Shown here piece after piece: positions 58,178-64,000 of a stretch of DNA of 64,000 bases. The position numbers and the translations under genes are program-made. The stretch comes from Patescibacteria group bacterium (GTDB taxonomy: Bacteria; Patescibacteriota; Minisyncoccia; JACQLN01): positions 15,998-79,997 of the forward strand of contig JBBTRR010000004.1 in assembly GCA_038065095.1 (NCBI GenBank), read 5' to 3'. How positions within the stretch are numbered: position 1 is the stretch's first letter; every line of letters starts with the position of its first letter. Under the pieces are notes generated by a model that saw only the letters and a program-made list of their open reading frames with translations, did not search any database and was not told where the DNA came from.

Positions 58178-58316
58178 CCTTCGCCCACCCTTCGCCAAAG
58201 GCTACGGAGTGGCAAGTAATGCTACGGCGGGCAAGCCCGCTTAAGCACTCAAGCTACTAACATCTACTCTATCAAATAGCCCAAATTTAAGAAAGGTGTT
58301 GTATAATTAAAAGATA

Positions 58317-60080
58317 ATGACCCTCGATTTAGAAAAATTTAAAAAATTCTTAATAGATTCAAATTTAGTTTCGGCCAAGAACTTAGAATTAGCCGAAGCC
58401 GAAGAAAAAGAAACTGGTCGCAGGCTGGACGATGTTTTGCTAAGGCGAAATTTTGTTTCCGAAGAAATGATGGTTAAAGCTAAGGCCTATGTTTTAGGAA
58501 TTCCCTTTGTGGATTTAACAAATCAAAAAGTTGAACCAGAAATTTTAAAAATAATTCCCGAACCAATTGCTCGTAACAGTAACATTGTGGCTTTTCGCAA
58601 AACAGGAGCTGATCTTGAAGTGGCCATGCTTGATCCTAACGATTTACAAACCATAGATTTTATAAAGAAAAAAGCCAGTCTTAATATTTTACCTAGATTA
58701 ACTTCGCGCCAATCTTTAGAAGCTGTTTTAAGGCAGTATCAACGTAGTTTAGAGGATGAATTTAGCAATATTATAAAAGCTGAATCTTCAGCTGTGCTTA
58801 AAGTTGTAGAGTTAGCTTCAAAAGATGGCAAAATAAAATCTGATGCCGAATTACAACGTGTGGCCGAAGAATTACCTGTTGTAAAAATTGTGGATACGCT
58901 AATACGTCATGCTATTTTAGAAAATGCTTCCGATATCCACATAGAGCCCGAAGAAAAAGATATAGTGGTACGTTATCGCATTGATGGTGTATTAAAAGAT
59001 GTAATGACTCTGCCTCAAGCTGTGCACGATGGCATTGTGGCTCGTATTAAAGTTTTATCTAATTTAAAATTAGATGAACATAGACTGCCTCAAGATGGTC
59101 GTTTTAAAATAGAAGGAGATGGTTTTAAGGTTTCTTTTCGTGTTTCTATTTTGCCAGTTTACGATGGCGAAAAAATTGTGATGCGTCTTTTGCAGGAAGA
59201 CGCACAAGGTTTTACGTTAGAAAGTTTGGGTTATAGGGGTAAGGCTTTAGAAATTTTACACCGCGCCATTAAACGTCCAACTGGTTTAATTTTATCTACC
59301 GGTCCCACCGGTTCAGGAAAAACCACTTCGCTTTATACAATTTTGGATATTTTAAATACTCCAGAAGTTAATATTTCAACCATAGAAGACCCAATAGAAT
59401 ATAGAATACCGCGTGTTAATCAAACGCAAGTTAAACCCGAAATTGGTTTTACTTTTGCTCAAGGTTTACGCACGTTGGTTCGCCAAGATCCCGACATTGT
59501 TATGGTAGGAGAAATACGTGATAGTGAAACAGCTGCTTTGGCTATTAATGCTTCGCTCACGGGGCATTTGGTTGTTTCTACTTTACATACCAATTCTGCG
59601 GCTGGTGCTGTACCTAGATTAATTGATATGAAAGTAGAACCGTTTTTAATTTCATCTACGATGACGGCTATTATAGCTCAAAGATTAGTAAGATGCCTTT
59701 CACCAGACAGCCGAACTAAATATAGTCTTACAAAAACAGAGATAGAGTCGCTAGGTAAGGAAATAGATTCAGAAAAAGTTTTAAAAACACTTAAAGCCGA
59801 AAAAGCTATTGGGCCAAAAGATACATGGGAATCAATAAGTTTTTATAGACCTAAAGAAACCGAGACCGCTCCAACGGGCTATAAAGGTAGAATTGGAATT
59901 TTTGAAGTTTTGGATATTACACCAAAAATTAAAGAACTTATTGTGGCTTCGGCAACTTCGGACGATATTCAAAAAGTGGCCGAAGAAGAGGGCATGATAA
60001 CTATGTTGGAAGACGGTTTTATAAAAGCAGTTCAAGGTATAACCAGTATAGAAGAAATTTTAAGAGCTTCAAGGGAATAA
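58317..60080 (+). CDS. pilB: Type IV pilus assembly ATPase PilB/GspE
   Basis: ASDIHIEP, RLPQDGR, GPTGSGKTT, TIEDPIEY, RQDPD..MVGEIRD, STLHTN, GYKGRIG. Confidence 0.96.
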   Translation: MTLDLEKFKKFLIDSNLVSAKNLELAEAEEKETGRRLDDVLLRRNFVSEEMMVKAKAYVLGIPFVDLTNQKVEPEILKIIPEPIARNSNIVAFRKTGADLEVAMLDPNDLQTIDFIKKKASLNILPRLTSRQSLEAVLRQYQRSLEDEFSNIIKAESSAVLKVVELASKDGKIKSDAELQRVAEELPVVKIVDTLIRHAILENASDIHIEPEEKDIVVRYRIDGVLKDVMTLPQAVHDGIVARIKVLSNLKLDEHRLPQDGRFKIEGDGFKVSFRVSILPVYDGEKIVMRLLQEDAQGFTLESLGYRGKALEILHRAIKRPTGLILSTGPTGSGKTTSLYTILDILNTPEVNISTIEDPIEYRIPRVNQTQVKPEIGFTFAQGLRTLVRQDPDIVMVGEIRDSETAALAINASLTGHLVVSTLHTNSAAGAVPRLIDMKVEPFLISSTMTAIIAQRLVRCLSPDSRTKYSLTKTEIESLGKEIDSEKVLKTLKAEKAIGPKDTWESISFYRPKETETAPTGYKGRIGIFEVLDITPKIKELIVASATSDDIQKVAEEEGMITMLEDGFIKAVQGITSIEEILRASRE

Positions 60081-60221
60081 GGGCTTTGTTCGCGAGCGGA
60101 GCGAGCGATAACAAAACCTTATGGTGAGTGTAGCGAATCCATTACATTAAAGTAATTCTTCGATTATACTCAGGATGCTCAAATTTAATAATTAATCGCT
60201 TCGCTCTTAAATAAATTTGGC

Positions 60222-61469
60222 ATGGAATACGAATATAAAGCTGTTTCTAAAGACGGCAAAAAAACTGAAGGTGTAAAAATGGCCGATAGCCAAATATCTT
60301 TGGCGCGCAGTTTAAGGGAAGACGGAATGTTTTTAATTTCTGCTAGGGAAAAAGGGGTTAATGGTCCTTTGCCTGAAAGCGTATCAATTTTAAAGAAAGA
60401 TGTTTTTAATTCTTTAGAGTTTTTATTTAAGTATGTTAGTTTGCAAGAAAAAGTTATTTTTGCCCGCCATTTAGGCTTGATGATACGAGCTGGTTTTTCT
60501 TTAAATAAAGCGCTAGATACTTTATCTCGGCAAACAAAAAATAAATATTTTTCACAAGCGCTCAAGAATATAAGTGGCAGAGTAGCTTCGGGCGAAACTT
60601 TTAGCCAAGCGATTTCTTATTATCCTAATATTTTTCCAGATCTTTTTGTGAGTATGGCTAAAGTGGGTGAGGCTTCGGGTAAATTAGAAAGCACTTTAAA
60701 GTTGGTTATGATGCATTTGCGTCGTGAGTATATGCTTAAGCGAAAAATACACGGAGCTTTGGTTTACCCAAGTATAATAGTGGTAGCCATGTTGGGCGTG
60801 GGTGCTGTTATGATGACATTTGTTTTGCCGCAATTGGCCAGCACATTTGCAGAACTTAATGTACCTTTACCTATAAGTACGCAGATAATTTTTGGCATTT
60901 CTAACTTTATGAGCCAGTATTGGTATTTTTTAATTTTAATTCTGGTTGTAGTTAGTTATTCTCTTTATTTCTTTTTTCGAAAAACAAAGTTAGGCAAGAA
61001 AGCGATAAATCTATTTTTATTAAAAACACCAATTTTTTCCGATATTACTAAAAAAATAAATTCAGCTAGATTTGCTAGAACTCTCAGTTCTTTGCTTTTA
61101 GGCGGAATACCATTAGTAGAGGCTATACGTATTACTAGTGATTCACTGACAAATTATTTTTATAAAAAAATTATTGCTGAAACTATGGTTGAAATTGAAA
61201 AAGGAAAAAACTTATCTTCTTTGTTAATAAAATATCCTAATATGTTTCCACCCGTAGTTACCGAGATGATAGCTGTAGGCGAGGAAACAGGCTCGCTCGC
61301 TGATATTTTAAAAGAATTAGCGCATTTTTTTGAATCGGAAGTATCTATAGCTACTAAAAGTATGTCTTCTGTAATTGAGCCGGTGATAATGATTTTAATG
61401 GGTATAGCTGTGGGAATTTTTGCCTTGTCTGTAATACAACCTATTTATTCGATAGGAGCAGGTCTGTAA
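60222..61469 (+). CDS. pilC: Type IV pilus platform protein PilC/GspF
   Basis: GEASGKL, YP..VV, LP.ST, FARTL..LL.GG, VGEETG.L, IEP. Confidence 0.95.
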   Translation: MEYEYKAVSKDGKKTEGVKMADSQISLARSLREDGMFLISAREKGVNGPLPESVSILKKDVFNSLEFLFKYVSLQEKVIFARHLGLMIRAGFSLNKALDTLSRQTKNKYFSQALKNISGRVASGETFSQAISYYPNIFPDLFVSMAKVGEASGKLESTLKLVMMHLRREYMLKRKIHGALVYPSIIVVAMLGVGAVMMTFVLPQLASTFAELNVPLPISTQIIFGISNFMSQYWYFLILILVVVSYSLYFFFRKTKLGKKAINLFLLKTPIFSDITKKINSARFARTLSSLLLGGIPLVEAIRITSDSLTNYFYKKIIAETMVEIEKGKNLSSLLIKYPNMFPPVVTEMIAVGEETGSLADILKELAHFFESEVSIATKSMSSVIEPVIMILMGIAVGIFALSVIQPIYSIGAGL

Positions 61470-61573
61470 GTTAGATATTAGCTTTCTAGCTCCTTAGCTC
61501 CTTAGCTTTTTAGGTAAGATTTCCTAGGAAGTTAATATACTAGAAAGCTAAAAGATATTTATGAAAGGATTTA

Positions 61574-61712
61574 CCTCGACACAAGAAAATGGCGTTGTCT
61601 CTACAGCATTTTTAGTAAAATAAAGTTAGTTAATATGAAAAAGAAATGGCTAAAGTTCTCTAATATCTTAAGGAGACAAAATGAAAATTCTTCGCCATTT
61701 TTCTGTGCGGGG
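61574..61712. mobile_element. IR element inserted in the GFT codons of a prepilin leader
   Basis: CCTCGACACAAGAAAATGGCG ... CGCCATTTTTCTGTGCGGGG, with TTTA on both sides. Confidence 0.7.
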
Positions 61713-62561
61713 TTTACATTAGTTGAACTTCTTGTGGTCATAGCTATCACCTCTATTTTACTGGCTGGTGGCGTAGTATCGTTAAGTAGTATAAGAACTT
61801 CAAGTAGTTTATCGGCTGGAGCCGATACCATCAGACTAACTTTAGAAAAATCTCGTCTCTCAGCCTTAGTTAAAGAAAATGAAACCGGCTATAGCGTGAA
61901 ATTAAATGAAAATAATATTGTTTTATTTAAAGGTATGTCTTACGACCTGAACAATTCTAGCAATAAAATTATTAACTTGCCTTCAAGCACAAAGATTACC
62001 AGTGTTAACTTGGGTAATGGTAACAGCATAGTCTCGTTTAGTAGTCTTACTGGTACAACTAGTCCAGGCACAATAGTATTATCGTCCACTATTGATCCTT
62101 CACATATTAGAACGATTTATTTAGATGGTTCTGGGCGTATTTATCATGCTTATACATCTGCTGGTGGAGGAGGAGGTGGCGGTTCTGGTGGTGATGGTCA
62201 GGTTACTGATAGTGGGCATCAAGAATTTAATTTGGGTTGGAGCATTCAAGACACATCAGAAATTAAATTTAAATTTCTAGATCCGCCAACGACCAAAATT
62301 TTTCTTATGCAGCCGCACTTAAATGGCAGTAAAACAGTTTTTAATTATGTTGGTTATTTTAATGAGGGCGGTGTAAATCAGAAGATAACAATGTATTCTA
62401 ATCAATTAGATCCCAATAACACTATTCTTTCTATAACTAGGGAACCCAAGGGTTCTGGGCCGACGTTAGAAATTTCCATAGACAATAATGTTATTGTGAC
62501 TTATTTTGCTGATGGTACAGTTTCGGTGGGTTCCAGTGGCGGAACAATGATAGCGCAGTAG
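61635..62561 (+). CDS. Type IV minor pilin (GspH/FimT-like) with a C-terminal extension
   Basis: AGFTLVELLVVIAI N-methyl motif, Gly linker, extra domain. Confidence 0.88.
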   Translation: MKKKWLKFSNILRRQNENSSPFFCAGFTLVELLVVIAITSILLAGGVVSLSSIRTSSSLSAGADTIRLTLEKSRLSALVKENETGYSVKLNENNIVLFKGMSYDLNNSSNKIINLPSSTKITSVNLGNGNSIVSFSSLTGTTSPGTIVLSSTIDPSHIRTIYLDGSGRIYHAYTSAGGGGGGGSGGDGQVTDSGHQEFNLGWSIQDTSEIKFKFLDPPTTKIFLMQPHLNGSKTVFNYVGYFNEGGVNQKITMYSNQLDPNNTILSITREPKGSGPTLEISIDNNVIVTYFADGTVSVGSSGGTMIAQ

Positions 62562-62678
62562 TTTTTCGATATAATGATAGTTGTTAGTTATAAGTTTCTG
62601 TTTTTAGTTTAAGTTTTAAGTTAAACTGGCAACTATAACTATTAACTATAACTAGAAATTAAGAACTATAAACTGATT

Positions 62679-63152
62679 ATGAATAATAAAGGTGTAAGTT
62701 TAATTGAAGCTGTGGTGGTGTTGGGTCTTCTTGCTACAGTTGTTTCGGGATTGGTTCAACTTAATTTATCTTTTTCTCGTAATATTTCTTCGGAGGGTTT
62801 AAGTGTCCGCGCCAATGCAATTGCTGTTGAAACAATGGAAGTGGTCAGGGTTTTAAGAGATCAGAATTGGAATAATTTAGGAAATTTAACACCAGAAATG
62901 CCATATTATTTATCTTTTTCTGAATCGGCGAAAGATTGGACAATTGAAAGTTCGGATACAGGTAAAATTCAAGGAATATTTTCTAGAAGTTTTTATGTTT
63001 ATCCCGTTTTGCGTGATGCAATTACAGGAAAAATATCTGCTTCGGATGGAAATAGTGATAGCAATACTTTAAAAGTTGAAGTTATGGTCGGTTGGAATGA
63101 TAGAGGTCGCGATAAAGATATAAAATTGACTACATATTTATCGAATTTTTAA
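62679..63152 (+). CDS. Type IV minor pilin (PilV-like)
   Basis: KGVSLIEAVV. Confidence 0.85.
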   Translation: MNNKGVSLIEAVVVLGLLATVVSGLVQLNLSFSRNISSEGLSVRANAIAVETMEVVRVLRDQNWNNLGNLTPEMPYYLSFSESAKDWTIESSDTGKIQGIFSRSFYVYPVLRDAITGKISASDGNSDSNTLKVEVMVGWNDRGRDKDIKLTTYLSNF

Positions 63153-63177
63153 TTTCCAAATCCTAATTTCTAAACAA

Positions 63178-63732
63178 ATGCCAAAACCCAAATTACAAAT
63201 AAATTCTAAAGAGGCTAAAAGCTGTATAGGGTTCACACTTATTGAAACTTTATTATATGTAGCAGTACTCGGTGTTTTGCTTGTAGTAATTTCCAATTTG
63301 ATTTTAGGCACGATAGGTAATTATAAAACTTCTAGTATTAGAGATGGATTAGCTTCTTCTGGGTATCAAGTTTTTGGATTTTTTTTTAGAGAAGTAAAAA
63401 ATGCTAATAGTGTTTACTTCTCAACCTCAAGTTTAGATAATGATTTTGGCACTTTGAGTTTAACAACTCCGTTTCAGCTGGGTAGTGGTTTGGTCGGTCA
63501 GACCACCTTTTATCTTTCAGGTGGCAGAATTATGCTTAGTCGTGAAGGTGAAACTCCGCTGGTTTTGACCCCAGATGATATTGAAATAATTAAATTTAAA
63601 TTTATTAGAATAACTCCCAAAGCTGGTTTAGAAGGTATACGTTTTTATTTGGATCTTAAAAGCAAAATTAAACCAGAAGAAACTTTTTCTTTAACCACTT
63701 TTACTATGCTCCGTGGCGGCTATATTCAATGA
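63178..63732 (+). CDS. Type IV minor pilin (PilW/GspJ-like)
   Basis: GFTLIETLLYV. Confidence 0.87.
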   Translation: MPKPKLQINSKEAKSCIGFTLIETLLYVAVLGVLLVVISNLILGTIGNYKTSSIRDGLASSGYQVFGFFFREVKNANSVYFSTSSLDNDFGTLSLTTPFQLGSGLVGQTTFYLSGGRIMLSREGETPLVLTPDDIEIIKFKFIRITPKAGLEGIRFYLDLKSKIKPEETFSLTTFTMLRGGYIQ

Positions 63733-63741
63733 TCTTTCTTT

Positions 63742-64000
63742 ATGGCAAATAAACTAAAAACTAAAAACTTAAAACTAAAAACTGAAGGTGGCTACGCCGC
63801 AATGTTTTCTTTTTTGATTATGATAATTGTTTTAGGGTCTTTGGTGTCGGTTTTTACAATTTTGGTTTTGAAAGGTATTTTTTTGGCTAGAACCAGTGTG
63901 GCAGAATTTAAAAATATTTACGCTATTGAGGGTTTTATTGAGGACACATTAAAACGTACCCGTGATACAAGTTTAGCTGACACAGATGATGGAGAGGTTC
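63742..64000 (+). CDS. PilX-like minor pilin, partial
   Basis: MANKLKTKNLKLKTEGGYAAMFSFLIMII...Y.IEG.IED.L.R, open to the window end. Confidence 0.7.
   Translation, partial: MANKLKTKNLKLKTEGGYAAMFSFLIMIIVLGSLVSVFTILVLKGIFLARTSVAEFKNIYAIEGFIEDTLKRTRDTSLADTDDGEV

Noticed and set aside
57824-58260. ORFs 57824-58036, 57964-58215, 58033-58260
   Set aside because: They overlap tRNA-Gly, tRNA-Pro and GC-rich repeats.
3629-61831. Numerous 60-160 aa ORFs overlapping recognised genes (e.g. 7148, 9821, 22464, 29956, 37986, 44920, 48369, 60185)
   Set aside because: Opposite-strand or out-of-frame to clear genes, with no motifs.
1-64000. Diversity-generating retroelement, retron or rRNA
   Set aside because: No reverse transcriptase, no TR/VR pair with adenine-specific mismatches and no rRNA-like sequence were seen by eye.

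Overview
AT-rich bacterial chromosome segment read with the standard genetic code (TGA is used as a stop). Gene content and style point strongly to Patescibacteria/CPR, Parcubacteria-like (inference): short S1, VirB2-like pilins, a type IV pilus cluster, an orphan PaaX/Cas2-like gene, tRNA-Ile(UAU) and tRNA-Arg(UCG). Housekeeping genes: rsmA, pcrA/uvrD, comM, a dksA-like gene, pnp, rpsO, yraN, ftsH, rpsA, gyrA, a cold-shock gene, trpS, an xer recombinase, nusA, hppA, tig, clpP, gpmI, rny, hup, pilB, pilC and pilins, plus five tRNAs. About ten toxin-antitoxin modules and several ORFan membrane proteins are interleaved. The least explained layer is non-coding. It includes (i) short hairpin elements that sit at tRNA 5' ends with an X-loop-X'-CAAG-X geometry and also lie in frame inside rsmA, trpS, nusA, gyrA and an MBL gene; (ii) CCCCG...CGGGG-ended elements, one empty, one splitting a prepilin GFT site, and one bracketing an AbiE-type TA module; (iii) mini-elements duplicating tRNA 3' ends; (iv) a tRNA nested inside a shattered tRNA; (v) a 30-bp operator-like palindrome present three times around the PaaX/Cas2-like gene; (vi) a thrice-repeated structured intergenic motif; and (vii) inverted heptamer arrays at gene junctions. 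Notable proteins are a pilin fused to an M15 peptidase and a porin-like beta-barrel in a presumed monoderm. No CRISPR array, rRNA or transposase was seen. All calls come from reading the sequence and motifs by eye; no searches were run.
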